The notes below the pieces were generated by a model. The model searched no databases. It saw only the letters and a program-made list of their open reading frames with translations, and was not told where the DNA came from. Positions 1-10,173 of a DNA stretch of 64,000 nucleotides are shown in pieces. The position numbers were made by a program, and so were the translations under genes. Where the stretch lies: the NCBI GenBank assembly GCA_963783055.1, contig CAWAMB010000004.1:592988-656987 (forward strand), in the 5' to 3' direction. Origin of the DNA: an uncultured Chloroflexia bacterium. Lineage in GTDB: Bacteria; Chloroflexota; Limnocylindria; Limnocylindrales; CSP1-4. The first letter of the stretch is position 1. Every line of letters begins with the position of its first letter.

Positions 1-702
1 GGCGCTGATGTCCTCCCAGCTTCGCCCGGCGTCGCGCGAGCGGTACACGCCGCAATGGTTCTGCTGATACAGGCTGTCCGGCTCGCCGGCCGCCATCACG
101 AGCTTGTGGACGCACTGGCCGGTCTCGGGGTGCGGGTCCGGCTGGAAGCAGGCCGCCACGCCGCGATTGCGGGCCTCCCACGTGGCCCCGCCGTCCTCGG
201 TCGCGAACGTCCCGACGGCGCTGATCGCGATCCACATCCGGTCGGCGTCGGTCGGGTGGGGGACGATCGTGTGGCAGATCAACCCGCCCGCGCCCGGCGA
301 CCAGCCCGGCGACTGGCGGCTCGGGTGGTCCCGCAGGGCCGAAACGTGGGCCCAGGTTGCGCCGCCGTCGTCGCTCCGGAACAACCCGGCCGGCTCGACC
401 CCGGCGTAGATCGAGCCATGGGCCGGGGTGACGTTCCAGACCGACGGGATGGTCGGCCCGTCGTCGCCGTAGGTCATCCCCTCCGACGAGTGGCTCCAGG
501 TCGCGCCGAGGTCGTCGCTCCGGAAGACCGCCGGTCCGAACCACACGCTCCCGCCCCCGGCGTAGATCGAGCCGGTCGCCGGGTCCCACTGGAGGTCATG
601 GATCGGCCAGCCCTCGCAGAGCGGGTCCGAGACCGACCAGCTCGCGCGGTCCGCGCCACCGTCGAGGATGAAGGCGCCCTTGCGGGTGCCGACGAGGAGC
701 AT
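1..702 (-). CDS. BNR/Asp-box repeat beta-propeller protein (sialidase/Ycf48-like), 3' part beyond window edge
   Basis: Minus-strand frame from ATG at 700-702 (MLLVGTRKGAFILDG...) is open down to position 1. It has four S-x-D-x-G-x-T-W Asp-box motifs (SDDLGATW, SDDGGATW, TEDGGATW, SRDAGRSW). It is missing from the ORF table because no stop falls inside the window. Confidence 0.7.
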   Translation of the reverse strand, partial: MLLVGTRKGAFILDGGADRASWSVSDPLCEGWPIHDLQWDPATGSIYAGGGSVWFGPAVFRSDDLGATWSHSSEGMTYGDDGPTIPSVWNVTPAHGSIYAGVEPAGLFRSDDGGATWAHVSALRDHPSRQSPGWSPGAGGLICHTIVPHPTDADRMWIAISAVGTFATEDGGATWEARNRGVAACFQPDPHPETGQCVHKLVMAAGEPDSLYQQNHCGVYRSRDAGRSWEDISA

Positions 703-812
703 CGTTCGGGTCACGAGGGTCCCTCCAGCGAGACGGGCCTGGTCATTCGTGGAGACGACGCTCGGCCCGCGAACTCATCGACGTCCGGCGCGCCGCCTCG
801 GACGCCGGGCGA

Positions 813-1280
813 TCACTGACCCGCCTTGAACGGGTAGACGACCCAGCGGTCCGTCGTCACCACGTGGTGATCCGGCGTGGCCGGGACCACCGATCGCGTC
901 GGCTTGTAATGGAGGACGGCCGTCGTCGGCTCGCCGCCGGCCTGGCGGACGCGCTCCGTCACCGCGTGGATCGTCGTGCCGCTGTCCCAGACCTCGTCGA
1001 CGATCAGGATCCGCTGGCCACGCAGGAGCGGGTCGGCCGGGAACTGCAGGAACGTCGGGCGCGGTCCGGGCTTGCCTTCGTCGTCGTAGTACTCGACGGC
1101 CGCGACGAGGATGTTTCGGATGCCGAGCCGGTAGGCCAGCATCCCGGCCGGGACGAGCCCGCCGCGGGTGATTGCGAGCATCACGTCGTACTCGCCGCGG
1201 ACCTGGGCGGCGAGGTCCGCGACCAGGTCAGCGAGCGCGTCCCACGTGACGACGTCCTTGTCGATGGCGGTCTCGACCAT
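813..1280 (-). CDS. gpt: xanthine/guanine phosphoribosyltransferase (Gpt-like, PRTase type I)
   Basis: 155 aa; VTWD...AITRGGLVP...LIVDEVWDSGTT PRPP-binding motif; collinear with E. coli Gpt. Confidence 0.8.
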   Translation of the reverse strand: MVETAIDKDVVTWDALADLVADLAAQVRGEYDVMLAITRGGLVPAGMLAYRLGIRNILVAAVEYYDDEGKPGPRPTFLQFPADPLLRGQRILIVDEVWDSGTTIHAVTERVRQAGGEPTTAVLHYKPTRSVVPATPDHHVVTTDRWVVYPFKAGQ

Positions 1281-1421
1281 GTCGCCAGTCTACGACCGAG
1301 GGCCACCCGGCGACCCAGTCACGAGTCACCACGCCGCGCTCGAGATGCGGCTACCGCGCATCAGACATGCGGCTATTCGCAAGCTGGGCGCGGGGGGTGT
1401 TCTTCGCGGACGCCGCGCGGA

Positions 1422-3437
1422 TCAGCCTCCGGCGATGTCGGCCGGCCCGCTTCGCCGGATTGCCTCGATCGTCGCCGGGTCGTCGAGCGCCGACAGGTCC
1501 CCGGGGTCGAGGCCGAGCCAGGCAGCCCGGACGACCCGCCGCATGATCTTGCCCGAACGGGTCTTCGGCAGGGCCGGGACGATCACGACGGCCTCCGGCC
1601 TGAGCGTCTTGCCGAGATCCTCGACGACGCGCCGGGCGATCGCGCCGCGGAGCGCCTCGTCGTCGACCTCGCCCGGTCGGAGCGTGCACACGACGACGAT
1701 CGTCTCGCCCTTCACGGCGTGGGGCACGCCGATCGCGGCGGCTTCGACCACGCTGGGGTGGGCCGTCGCGGCCGCCTCGACCTCGGCCGGCCCGACGCGC
1801 TTGCCGGCGACCTTGAGGGTGTCGTCCGACCGGCCCCGGATGTACCAGTAGCCGTCGTCGTCGATGACGGCCCAGTCGCCGTGGACCCACGTGCCGGGGA
1901 TCCGGCTCCAGTACGCCTCGACGTAGCGATCGGGATCGAGCCAGAAGCCGCGAGTCATGCCCGGCTGCGGCACCCGGATCACGAGCTCGCCGACCTCGCC
2001 CCGCAATGAGCGCCCCGCCACGTCGACCACGTCCGCCGCGGTCCCGACACAGGGGCCGTTGAAGGACGCCGGCTTGATCGGCGTCAGGACGTTGCAGCCG
2101 ACGATCCCGCCGCTCACCTCCGTCCCGCCCGAGTAGTTGACGACCGGGCAGCGCCCGCCGCCGACCTCACGGAAGAACCACCACCAGCTGTCGGGGTCCC
2201 ACGGCTCGCCGGTGGAGCCCAGGACCCGAACCGCGCTCAGGTCGTGCGCTCGCACGGGATCCGTCCCGTGCGGAATCAGCGCCCGGACCACCGTCGGCGA
2301 CAGGCCGAGGTGCGTCACCCCGTGCCGCGCCACCAGCTCCCACAACCGGTCCGGACCCGGATGGTCCGGGGCACCCTCGTACAGGACGAGCCGGGCACCG
2401 AGGAGGAGCGACCCGGAGATCGCCCACGGACCCATCATCCAGCCGAGGTCGGTGAACCAGAAGAGGGCGTCACCGGCGCGCAGGTCGAACGTATGGGCGA
2501 GATCCTGGGCGGCCTTGATCGGAAAGCCGCCGTGGACATGGACCGCCCCCTTGGGCTTGCCGGTCGTGCCCGAGGTGTAGATGAGCATGTAGGGCGTCTC
2601 GGGATCCGTGTCGGGGACGGGCGCCTCACCGTCCTCGTCGATGAGGGCGGCCGCGGCGGCCGCCATTCCCACGTCCCACCAGCGATCGCGGTCGGCATCC
2701 CATGGCGTGGCCGGCGCGCGGTCGCCCATCCGCCGGACCACGATCGTCCGATGGACCGACGGGGCCAGCGCCACGGCCTCGTCGGCCACGGCCTTCATCG
2801 GCACGACCGATCCGCGCCGGAGGAACCCGTCGGCCGTGACGAGGACGCTGGCCTCGCAATCGCGCAGCCGGGCGGCGACCGCCGGCGCCCCATAGCCCGA
2901 GAAGATCGGCGTGAAGATCGCGCCGATCCGCCCGAGAGCGAGGGTGGCAACCACCGTCTCCACGAGCATCGGGAGGAAGATCCCGACGCGGTCGCCCGGT
3001 CGGACGCCGTGGCCGACGAACATCCGGGCGGCCGCACTGACCTCGTCGCAAAGCTGCCGATTGGTCAGCCGCCGGATGGCACCATCCTCGCCTTCCCAGG
3101 CGATCGCGCCGCCATCGGGGTCGCGGGCGGCGCGCGGGCCGGTCGACGCCTCGGCGTGGTTGAACGCCCCTCCGCGCCACCAGCGGGTCCACTCGGGGCC
3201 GCCGGTCGCATCCATCACCTGGTCCGGCTGGCGCTGCCACGCCAGGTCCAGGTCGGCGGCGGCGGCGCCCCAGAACCACGCAGGATCGGCGACGGCCCGG
3301 GCCTGGAGGCTCGTGACGTCGGCCGCGCCGCTCGATCTCAGGAAGCCGGCCAGCCGGGCGTCGGAGCGGAGCTCCGGCGTCGGTCGCCACACGGCATCCG
3401 GAACATCGAGGCCGAAGATCGGGCGGTCGTCGGGCAT
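1422..3437 (-). CDS. AMP-forming acyl-CoA synthetase (acetyl/acetoacetyl-CoA synthetase family)
   Basis: 671 aa; YTSGTTGKPKG AMP-binding signature and Acs-like C-terminal domain with conserved Lys (SGKIMRR). Confidence 0.85.
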   Translation of the reverse strand: MPDDRPIFGLDVPDAVWRPTPELRSDARLAGFLRSSGAADVTSLQARAVADPAWFWGAAAADLDLAWQRQPDQVMDATGGPEWTRWWRGGAFNHAEASTGPRAARDPDGGAIAWEGEDGAIRRLTNRQLCDEVSAAARMFVGHGVRPGDRVGIFLPMLVETVVATLALGRIGAIFTPIFSGYGAPAVAARLRDCEASVLVTADGFLRRGSVVPMKAVADEAVALAPSVHRTIVVRRMGDRAPATPWDADRDRWWDVGMAAAAAALIDEDGEAPVPDTDPETPYMLIYTSGTTGKPKGAVHVHGGFPIKAAQDLAHTFDLRAGDALFWFTDLGWMMGPWAISGSLLLGARLVLYEGAPDHPGPDRLWELVARHGVTHLGLSPTVVRALIPHGTDPVRAHDLSAVRVLGSTGEPWDPDSWWWFFREVGGGRCPVVNYSGGTEVSGGIVGCNVLTPIKPASFNGPCVGTAADVVDVAGRSLRGEVGELVIRVPQPGMTRGFWLDPDRYVEAYWSRIPGTWVHGDWAVIDDDGYWYIRGRSDDTLKVAGKRVGPAEVEAAATAHPSVVEAAAIGVPHAVKGETIVVVCTLRPGEVDDEALRGAIARRVVEDLGKTLRPEAVVIVPALPKTRSGKIMRRVVRAAWLGLDPGDLSALDDPATIEAIRRSGPADIAGG

Positions 3438-3480
3438 CGGGGAGAGCCTACGACACCGTGCGCCGCGCTAGTGTTCGCCG

Positions 3481-4545
3481 ATGACCGCCGGCAACCAGAT
3501 CGACCTGCGCTCCGACACGGTGACGCGCCCGACGCCGGCGATGCGCGAGGCGATGGCCCGGGCCGAAGTCGGCGACGACCAGTTCGGTGAGGACCCGTCC
3601 GTCAACCGGCTGCAGGAGCGGGTCGCGGCGATGCTCGGTCACGAAGCGGCGCTTTGGTTTCCGACCGGAACGATGGCCAACCAGGTCGCGATCCGGACCC
3701 TGACCCGGCCCGGTGACGAGGTGCTCGCGCCGCACGAAGCCCACATCCTGTGGCACGAGACGGGAGCGGCGGCGGCCAACAGCGGCGCGCAGATCACCGA
3801 GATCGGATCGGCCGCGACGCCGGGGCGGTTCAGCGTCGACGACTTCCTCGCCGCCCGCAAGCCGCGCGGCCACATGCTCCTGCCGCCGACGACCGTCGTC
3901 GCCGTCGAGAACACCCACAACCGGGCCGGCGGCGTCGTCGTCGACGTGACGACGGGCGCAGCCATCGCCAACGCCGCTCGCGCGAACGACGTCGCGAGCT
4001 TCCTCGACGGAGCGCGGTTGTGGAACGCGGCCGCGGCCGCGGCCGTGGACGTTGCCGACCTCGCCCGTCCCTTCGACGTCGTCAATGTGGCGTTCTCGAA
4101 GGGACTCGGCGCGCCGGGCGGCTCGATGCTCGCCGGGTCACGGTCGTTCATCACCGCGGCGACGCGCTACCGCCGGATGGCCGGCGGCGCGATGCGCCAG
4201 GTCGGCGTGTTCGCAGCGGCCGCCGAGCATGCTCTCGACCATCATCTCGGCCGCCTGGCTGATGACCACGCGAACGCCCGACTTCTCGCCGAGCGGCTCG
4301 CCGCGAGCCCGGCCATCGACCTCGATCCGTCCGCCGTGCAGACGAACATCGTGCTGTTCCGGATGGCCGCAGGCGCGGCGGACGCCCCGGCCGTCGTGGC
4401 CGCGGCGCGCGAAGCGGGCGTCCTCGTCGTGGCGTTCAGCGCGCGGTCGATCCGGGCGGTCACCCACCTCGACGTGACGCGGGCCCAGGTCGCCGAGGCG
4501 GCCGAGCTGATCGTCGCAGCCGCCGAGTCCGCCGCGCCGGCCTGA
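3481..4545 (+). CDS. ltaE: low-specificity L-threonine aldolase (PLP-dependent)
   Basis: 354 aa; N-terminal [11 protein letters not shown] and FSKGLGAP lysine region typical of the threonine aldolase family. Confidence 0.85.
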   Translation: MTAGNQIDLRSDTVTRPTPAMREAMARAEVGDDQFGEDPSVNRLQERVAAMLGHEAALWFPTGTMANQVAIRTLTRPGDEVLAPHEAHILWHETGAAAANSGAQITEIGSAATPGRFSVDDFLAARKPRGHMLLPPTTVVAVENTHNRAGGVVVDVTTGAAIANAARANDVASFLDGARLWNAAAAAAVDVADLARPFDVVNVAFSKGLGAPGGSMLAGSRSFITAATRYRRMAGGAMRQVGVFAAAAEHALDHHLGRLADDHANARLLAERLAASPAIDLDPSAVQTNIVLFRMAAGAADAPAVVAAAREAGVLVVAFSARSIRAVTHLDVTRAQVAEAAELIVAAAESAAPA

Positions 4546-4599
4546 CCTGCCGCGCGGGATACTGGAACCAGGCGGATCACGGAACAGGAGATACCAGGC

Positions 4600-5340
4600 A
4601 TGACGTTCGAGCGCAGTCCGGGGCCGCCGGCCGAGCCCGGTCCCACGCCGGTCGTCGGATCGGCCCAGGCTGACGCCGGACCGACGCCGGTCCAGATCCG
4701 CCTCCAGATCCTGTCCACCGAACACTGGTCGTTGCTCGCGTCGCGGAGCCTCGCATGGAGTGAATCGTTCACCCGCGCGTCGATGTTCCTGTCCACCCTG
4801 ACGGGCTCGATCGTGGCCCTGAGCCTGATCGCGGGCGTCGACGGGTTCAACGATCCGTTCTTCGTGGTGGCCCTGGTCGTCCTGCCGATCGATCTCTTCG
4901 TCGGGATCGGCACCTGGCTCCGGATGGGGGCGGCGAACTACCACGACGCCATCACCGTCGCCGGGATGAACCGGATCCGGGCGGCCTATCTCGAGATCGC
5001 CCCGGATCTCGCGCCGTACTTCGTCATGGGCGTCCACGATGACCCGCGCGGCATCGGGATCACCATGGCAGTCCCACCGGGCACCGCGCCGATCGTCCAC
5101 CTGATCGCCGGCACGCCGACGCTTGTCATGGTCCTCAACGCGGTGATCGCGGGGGCGATCGCGGCGATCGCGCTCCGGTTCGCCCGGTCGGACCTGCTGA
5201 TCGCCGTCCTGGTGGCCGCCGCGGTGGCGGCGCTCGTCCTCATCATGGAATTCCGATCGGCCCGACGGAAGATCGTTCAAGGCCAGCGAGCGCTCCAGCC
5301 GATGTTCCCGACGCCGCCCGCCGACCGGTCCGGCGGGTGA
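4600..5340 (+). CDS. hypothetical integral membrane protein
   Basis: 246 aa, multiple hydrophobic helices. Its TGA stop overlaps the GTG start of the downstream MttB gene (GTGA), suggesting translational coupling. Confidence 0.55.
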   Translation: MTFERSPGPPAEPGPTPVVGSAQADAGPTPVQIRLQILSTEHWSLLASRSLAWSESFTRASMFLSTLTGSIVALSLIAGVDGFNDPFFVVALVVLPIDLFVGIGTWLRMGAANYHDAITVAGMNRIRAAYLEIAPDLAPYFVMGVHDDPRGIGITMAVPPGTAPIVHLIAGTPTLVMVLNAVIAGAIAAIALRFARSDLLIAVLVAAAVAALVLIMEFRSARRKIVQGQRALQPMFPTPPADRSGG

Positions 5341-6866
5341 CGGAGGAGCCCGTCGCCCATCGACGCCACGTGCGTCGGACTGGTGGCGGCATCCCGCAGC
5401 TCCCGTTCCGGCGCCTGACGAACCCGTTCACCCCGCTCGAGGTCCTGTCGGCCGACCACGTCGAGGACATCCACCGGACGTCGCTCCGGATCCTGGCCGA
5501 GGTCGGCTTCGAGGTCCTCGGCGACCGGGCCACCGACCGCCTGGCAGCTGCCGGCGCCACCGTCGATCGCTCGAACCGGCGGGTCCGGATGGACGGCGCG
5601 CTCGTTGAGGAGCTGATCGCGACCGCCCCGCCGGAGTTCACGCTCCATGCCCGCAACCCAGAGCGGAACGTCACGCTCGGCGGCCGCCACCTCGTGTTCA
5701 CCTCGGTCGGCGGCCCGGCCTTCGTCACCGATCTCGACCGCGGCCGGCGCGCCGGCACGTGGCAGGACTTCCAGGACTACGTCGCGCTGATCTCGACCCT
5801 GAACGTGATCCACCAGGAGGCGGGCGGCCCGCTCGAGCCGACCGACCTGCCGGTCGAGACCCGCCATCTCGACATGTACGCCTGCCTGGCCGCCACGCTC
5901 GACAAGACCTGGCACTGCCTCGGGTTCGGTGCGCAGGTCGTGGAGGACGCGCTCGAGATCGTCGGGCTCGCGCGCGGCGTGGGCCGCGATCGACTGCTGC
6001 GCGAGCCGTCGCTGATCACGATCATCAACACGAACTCGCCGCTCCGCCTCGACGGCCCGATGAGCGAGGGCCTGATGGCGCTGGCCGAGGCGGGCCAGGC
6101 CGTCGTCGCGACGCCCTTCACCCTGGCCGGCGCCATGACCCCGGTCACTCTCGCGGCGGCGATCGCGCAGCAGAACGCCGAGGCGCTGTTCTGCGTCGCC
6201 CTGACCCAGATCGTCCGGCCCGGAGCACCGGTCGTGTACGGCGCGTTCACCTCGAACGTCGACATGCGGACCGGCTCGCCGGCCTTCGGGACGCCCGAGT
6301 ACGTGAAGGGCGCGATCGCGTCGGGCCAGATGGCGCGTCGCTATCGGCTGCCGTGGCGGTCCTCGAACGCGACCGCCTCCGCCATCGTCGACGCCCAGGC
6401 CGCCTACGAGTCCGAGATGGCCGTGTGGGGCGCCGTGATGGGCGGCGCGAACCTGCTCTACCAGGGCGCGGGCTGGCTCGAAGGCGGGCTCACGGCGTCC
6501 TACGAGAAGCTGATCGTCGACGCCGAGATCCTCCAGATGATGTCCGAGGTGCTCCAGCCGGTGGTCGTGGACGAGGCGTCGCTGGGGTTCGACGCGATCG
6601 CCGAGGTCGGACCGGGCGGTCACTTCTTCGGCTCGAGCCACACGCTCGAACGGTTCGAGACGGCGTTCTACCGGCCCATCGTGTCGGACTGGCGGAACTA
6701 CGAGACCTGGGCCGACGATGGGGCGCAGACGGCGACGCAGCGGGCCAACCGGATCTGGAAGCAGCTCCTCGCGGAGTTCGTGCCGCCGCCGCTCGACCCG
6801 GCCGCGGCCGACGGGATCGCGACGTTCGTCGCCCGCCGCAAGCGCGAGATCGGCGCGAATCCGTAA
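5337..6866 (+). CDS. MttB-superfamily (trimethylamine methyltransferase-like) quaternary-amine methyltransferase, non-pyrrolysine type
   Basis: 509 aa uninterrupted ORF with no in-frame TAG. Family-typical blocks present (LRILAEVG, NTNSPLRLDGPM, GGANLLYQGAGWLEGGL). Confidence 0.8.
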   Translation: MTEEPVAHRRHVRRTGGGIPQLPFRRLTNPFTPLEVLSADHVEDIHRTSLRILAEVGFEVLGDRATDRLAAAGATVDRSNRRVRMDGALVEELIATAPPEFTLHARNPERNVTLGGRHLVFTSVGGPAFVTDLDRGRRAGTWQDFQDYVALISTLNVIHQEAGGPLEPTDLPVETRHLDMYACLAATLDKTWHCLGFGAQVVEDALEIVGLARGVGRDRLLREPSLITIINTNSPLRLDGPMSEGLMALAEAGQAVVATPFTLAGAMTPVTLAAAIAQQNAEALFCVALTQIVRPGAPVVYGAFTSNVDMRTGSPAFGTPEYVKGAIASGQMARRYRLPWRSSNATASAIVDAQAAYESEMAVWGAVMGGANLLYQGAGWLEGGLTASYEKLIVDAEILQMMSEVLQPVVVDEASLGFDAIAEVGPGGHFFGSSHTLERFETAFYRPIVSDWRNYETWADDGAQTATQRANRIWKQLLAEFVPPPLDPAAADGIATFVARRKREIGANP

Positions 6867-6977
6867 GGTCCCGCCCGACCGTCCCACCGCACGGCATCAC
6901 GGAATTGATCGTCGTCTGCGCTAGGCTGGCCCCCGACACCTCGCAACGAACGCCAGAACCGGATCCGAGGGAGTGAG

Positions 6978-7649
6978 ATGAACCAGGCACCATCGTCCCC
7001 GCCCCGCCGCCGCCTCGCCGTTCGCACCATGGGCGCGACCCTGTTGGCGGCGATCCTCGCCGCGTCCATCGCGGCGTGCGGCTCGTCGGCACCGGCCGCG
7101 CCGTCCGTCGCCACGCCCTCGGTCGTCGTCCCATCCGTGGCCATCCCATCCGTGGCCATCCCGTCGGTCGCACTTCCGTCGATTGCCGTGCCGTCGGTCA
7201 ATCCCGCCGCCTCGGGCGGCACCGGCGCGGTCGATCCGGCCGCCGGCCTGACGATCGACCCGCCGTACGGCCTCACGACCGTGCCGGCTGCGCTCCAGAC
7301 CGTGCTCGAGACCCAGATGGCCAGCGGCCTCGGGGCCTTCGGGGACGCGATCAAGGTCGGCTTCCGTCAGATCAGTGGAGCCACCGGCAGCCCGATCCTC
7401 ATGGTGCTGGCGTTCCCGTCCGGAACCCTGTCGGCGGCCGGCTACGCGGCCGCGCTCGCCGGGATGAGCTCGAGCATGGGCGCGACGTTCACGAAGTCGA
7501 CCGTCGACGGGGTGGAAGTGTCGTCGGGCAAGGCCGCGACCGGCGGGATCGGTGTCTTCCACATCGGCGACCACATGCTCGTGGTCATCGCCCCGTCGGA
7601 GGCGGATGTCGTCCCGATCGCGACCGCGCTGATCGGCGCCAACCAGTAG
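6978..7649 (+). CDS. lipoprotein with VPSVA/IPSVA repeat linker
   Basis: 223 aa; signal peptide plus lipobox (LAASIAACGSS); 15-bp tandem DNA repeats encode (V/I)PSVA units. Confidence 0.6.
   Translation: MNQAPSSPPRRRLAVRTMGATLLAAILAASIAACGSSAPAAPSVATPSVVVPSVAIPSVAIPSVALPSIAVPSVNPAASGGTGAVDPAAGLTIDPPYGLTTVPAALQTVLETQMASGLGAFGDAIKVGFRQISGATGSPILMVLAFPSGTLSAAGYAAALAGMSSSMGATFTKSTVDGVEVSSGKAATGGIGVFHIGDHMLVVIAPSEADVVPIATALIGANQ
7129..7210 (+). repeat. 15-bp tandem repeat (ccatccgtggccatc-like, about 5 units) inside lipoprotein gene
   Basis: Direct reading: ccatccgtggccatc ccatccgtggccatc ccgtcggtcgcactt ccgtcgattgccgtg ccgtcggtc. Confidence 0.7.
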
Positions 7650-7697
7650 CCCCGCCGGCCTCGGCTTGACTGCGACGAGGCCGGACCGGCCTCGTCG

Positions 7698-7952
7698 TCA
7701 GCCCGTGCGCTCGTCGCCGAAGTCGGTCTCCTTGACGAGCCGGCCCGCTCGATCGAAGGTTCGCCACAGGCCGACCTGGCGACCGCGATCGAACGCGCCG
7801 CTCCGCATCGGGCTGCCGTCCACGCGGAAGAACTCCCACGGGCCGTGCATCTCGCCGTCGAGATGGGCGCCGGACAGCTTCACGCTGCCGTTCGGGTAGT
7901 GCTCGACGTGTGGGACGGGCGCGGATCGGTTGGTCATCGGGGCAGTGTGCAA
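7698..7952 (-). CDS. small MORN-repeat protein (YwqK-like)
   Basis: 84 aa; YPNGSVKLSGAHLDGEMHGPWEFFRVDGSPMRSGAFDRGRQVGLWRTF matches MORN-variant repeats. Start may be the internal Met (MTNRS). Confidence 0.45.
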   Translation of the reverse strand: MHTAPMTNRSAPVPHVEHYPNGSVKLSGAHLDGEMHGPWEFFRVDGSPMRSGAFDRGRQVGLWRTFDRAGRLVKETDFGDERTG

Positions 7953-8074
7953 CGCGGCGAGTTGACCCGTTGCGGCGCCCCGATCGCTGGGCGACCAGCG
8001 AGACGGACGGCCTCACGGCCTTGAGGGTCGCAACCGACCATTGACAGACCGCGGCCGGAGGCGACACTTCCCGC

Positions 8075-8494
8075 ATGTCGACGAATGTGGTTGATGCGCT
8101 TGCGCATGTGGATCTGCTCTCGGGCCTGGACAAGCGCCATCTCGAGAAGCTCGCCAAGGACTTCTCCGAGCGGACGTTTCCCGCTGGCGCGGTCGTCGTC
8201 CGGCAGGGAGACGAGCGGGGGATCGGGTTCTTCGTGATCGCCGACGGAACGGCCGTCGTGTCGGTCGACGGGAGCGAGGTCTCGCGCCTCAAGGCCGGCG
8301 ATCACTTCGGGGCGATCGGCCTCATCGCCGATCGGGTCCGGACGGCGACGGTCACTGCGGACACCGATCTGCACTGCTACGTCATGACCCTGTGGGACTT
8401 CCGGTCGGTCGTCCAGGGCGACGCCGAGATCTCCTGGAAGCTGCTCGAGCAGCTCGCCCACATGTTCCAGAATCTGCAGGGCCACCAGCACTAG
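8075..8494 (+). CDS. cyclic nucleotide-binding (cNMP/CAP-effector) domain protein
   Basis: 139 aa; VVVRQGDERGIGFFVIADG...LKAGDHFGAIGLI...RTATV is the classic cNMP-binding beta-roll signature. Confidence 0.75.
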   Translation: MSTNVVDALAHVDLLSGLDKRHLEKLAKDFSERTFPAGAVVVRQGDERGIGFFVIADGTAVVSVDGSEVSRLKAGDHFGAIGLIADRVRTATVTADTDLHCYVMTLWDFRSVVQGDAEISWKLLEQLAHMFQNLQGHQH

Positions 8495-8510
8495 CACGAC
8501 CCGGATTCGG

Positions 8511-8897
8511 GTGGGGGAGCGGATGGCGGCACGGACCACGGTCGAGGAGTACCTCGCAACGCTGTCCGAGGAGCGGCGCGGCGGCGTGGAGATCATGCGG
8601 GCCACGATTCGGGCCGCGGCCCCGGACGCCGTCGAGACGATCGCGTACCTGATGCCGGCGTTCCGCAGCCACGGCGGGCAATTCCTCGTGTCGTACGCGG
8701 CGTACAAGAAGCACTACAGCCTCTTCCCCGCGAGCGAGGAGGTGGTCGCGGCGCTCGGCGACGAGCTGACGCCGTACCTCGCGGGCAAGGGCACGATCCA
8801 GTTTCCGGCCGACCGCCCGATCCCCACCGACACGCTCACGCGGATCGTCGAGGTCCGGGTCGCGGAGAACGCCGCCCACGAACGAAGCGCCCGCTGA
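8511..8897 (+). CDS. DUF1801 (YdhG-like) domain protein
   Basis: 128 aa; VEEYLATL...LMPAFRSHGGQFLVSYAAYKKHYSLFP pattern of the DUF1801 family. Confidence 0.65.
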   Translation: MGERMAARTTVEEYLATLSEERRGGVEIMRATIRAAAPDAVETIAYLMPAFRSHGGQFLVSYAAYKKHYSLFPASEEVVAALGDELTPYLAGKGTIQFPADRPIPTDTLTRIVEVRVAENAAHERSAR

Positions 8898-8989
8898 CCC
8901 GTCCCACGCCCACGGGCTCCTTGCCCCCGCTGGCTTGATCGGCACCCGGGCGCGTACGCTGTCTCGGTCAACGCATCACGGGAGAGGGA

Positions 8990-9352
8990 ATGCCCGACCA
9001 GGACACTGCCCCGTTGAGCACCGAAGAGGCCCTGCAGCAATGGCGCACGGCGGAGCGGACCGTCGCCGTCGCGAGGCGTGGGCGACTTGCCGCCCAGGCG
9101 GCAGCAACGGCCGCCGACGAAGCTGCGGAGGCGGCCAAGGCGACCGCGAGCGCGGCCAAGGAGGCCCTTGCGGCGATGGCTCTTGCGGAGACCTCCGCGG
9201 CCAAGACCGCCGCCGCCGCCAAGGCCTCGGCGCTCGCGGCCCAAGCCGACGTCCTCGATGCGAACGCCGATACATCGCTGGCGGAGGTCGACGAGGTGGA
9301 AGCACAGCAGCGGTACCGCGACGCGACCAAGCGGGCCGCCGACCGGGCCTGA
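8990..9352 (+). CDS. Ala-rich coiled-coil hypothetical protein
   Basis: 120 aa; GGAGAGGGA RBS 5 nt upstream of the ATG; heptad-like Ala/Glu/Lys composition. The opposite-strand ORFs are Ala/Ser/Arg mirror artefacts. Confidence 0.5.
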   Translation: MPDQDTAPLSTEEALQQWRTAERTVAVARRGRLAAQAAATAADEAAEAAKATASAAKEALAAMALAETSAAKTAAAAKASALAAQADVLDANADTSLAEVDEVEAQQRYRDATKRAADRA

Positions 9353-9369
9353 CCCGAGCCAAGATTCGA

Positions 9370-10173
9370 TCAGAGGCGCCCGCGGATCTCCCAGAGGTCG
9401 GGAAACACCGGCTGGAAGAGCGTGCCGCGGAGGTACTCCACCCCGGCCGAGCCGCCCGTCCCGCGCTTCGTGCCGATCGTCCGCTCGACCATCTTGACGT
9501 GGCGGTAGCGCCACTCCTGGAAGCCCTCGTCCAGGTCGACGAGCCGCTCGGCGACCAGCGCGCCGTCGGCGTCGTCGTGGTAGAGCCGGACGAGGACGTC
9601 CTGGACCCGATCATCCGGCGCGGGCGGCAGCGTCACGTCGCGGGCGAGGACGTCTTCCGCAAGCACGTGGCCACGGGCGGCCAGGAACCCCAGGAAGGAC
9701 CCCCACACCGAGCGCCGTTGCTGAGCCGCCTCGATCCGCGCCCGCCCAGGTGACCCTTCCGGATGCGCCGCGGCGGCCGACGCCTCGCGCTTTCCGAGGA
9801 CCGCCTCGACCTCGCGGAACTGGGCCGACTGGAACCCCGACGCCGACTCCAGGCGGTCCCGGAAGGACGTGAACTGGAGCGGCGTCATCGTCTCGAGCAC
9901 GTCGATCTGGGCGACGAGCGTCTTCAGGATCTTCAGGATCCGGTTGAGCAGGTGGAGGGTCGTGTCGGTGTCGCCCGCCTCGAGCGTCCGCTGCACCTCG
10001 GCGAGCTCGTGGAGCAGCTGCTTGAACCAGAGCTCGTACACCTGGTGGATGACGATGAACAGGTGCTCGTCGTGCTCGGGCCGTCCGTCCGGACCGGCCG
10101 ATAGCGGGCGCTGCGCCGCGAGCAGCTCGTCGAGCGCGAGGTAGGTCGAGTAGGTGACCGCCCGGCGCGTCAC
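9370..10173 (-). CDS. kynA: tryptophan 2,3-dioxygenase
   Basis: The C-terminal 268 aa of the 561-aa ORF match TDO (YSTYLALDELLAAQ..., HLFIVIHQVYELWFKQ, FRD..SASGFQSAQFR, RYRHVKMVER...GTGGS). The GTG start overlaps the upstream TGA stop (GTGA). The N-terminal 290 aa of the listed ORF have no TDO similarity. Confidence 0.85.
   Translation of the reverse strand: MTRRAVTYSTYLALDELLAAQRPLSAGPDGRPEHDEHLFIVIHQVYELWFKQLLHELAEVQRTLEAGDTDTTLHLLNRILKILKTLVAQIDVLETMTPLQFTSFRDRLESASGFQSAQFREVEAVLGKREASAAAAHPEGSPGRARIEAAQQRRSVWGSFLGFLAARGHVLAEDVLARDVTLPPAPDDRVQDVLVRLYHDDADGALVAERLVDLDEGFQEWRYRHVKMVERTIGTKRGTGGSAGVEYLRGTLFQPVFPDLWEIRGRL

Noticed and set aside
864-2009. 381-aa plus-strand ORF, with similar ones at 2244-3590, 4138-5280 and 5277-6887
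   Set aside because: Antisense or off-frame to the Gpt, acyl-CoA synthetase, threonine aldolase and MttB genes; RGD/RR-rich.
8968-9614. Minus-strand Ala/Ser-rich ORFs opposite the Ala-rich protein
   Set aside because: Mirror-image artefacts of GCN-rich coding on the plus strand; the plus-strand ORF has an RBS.
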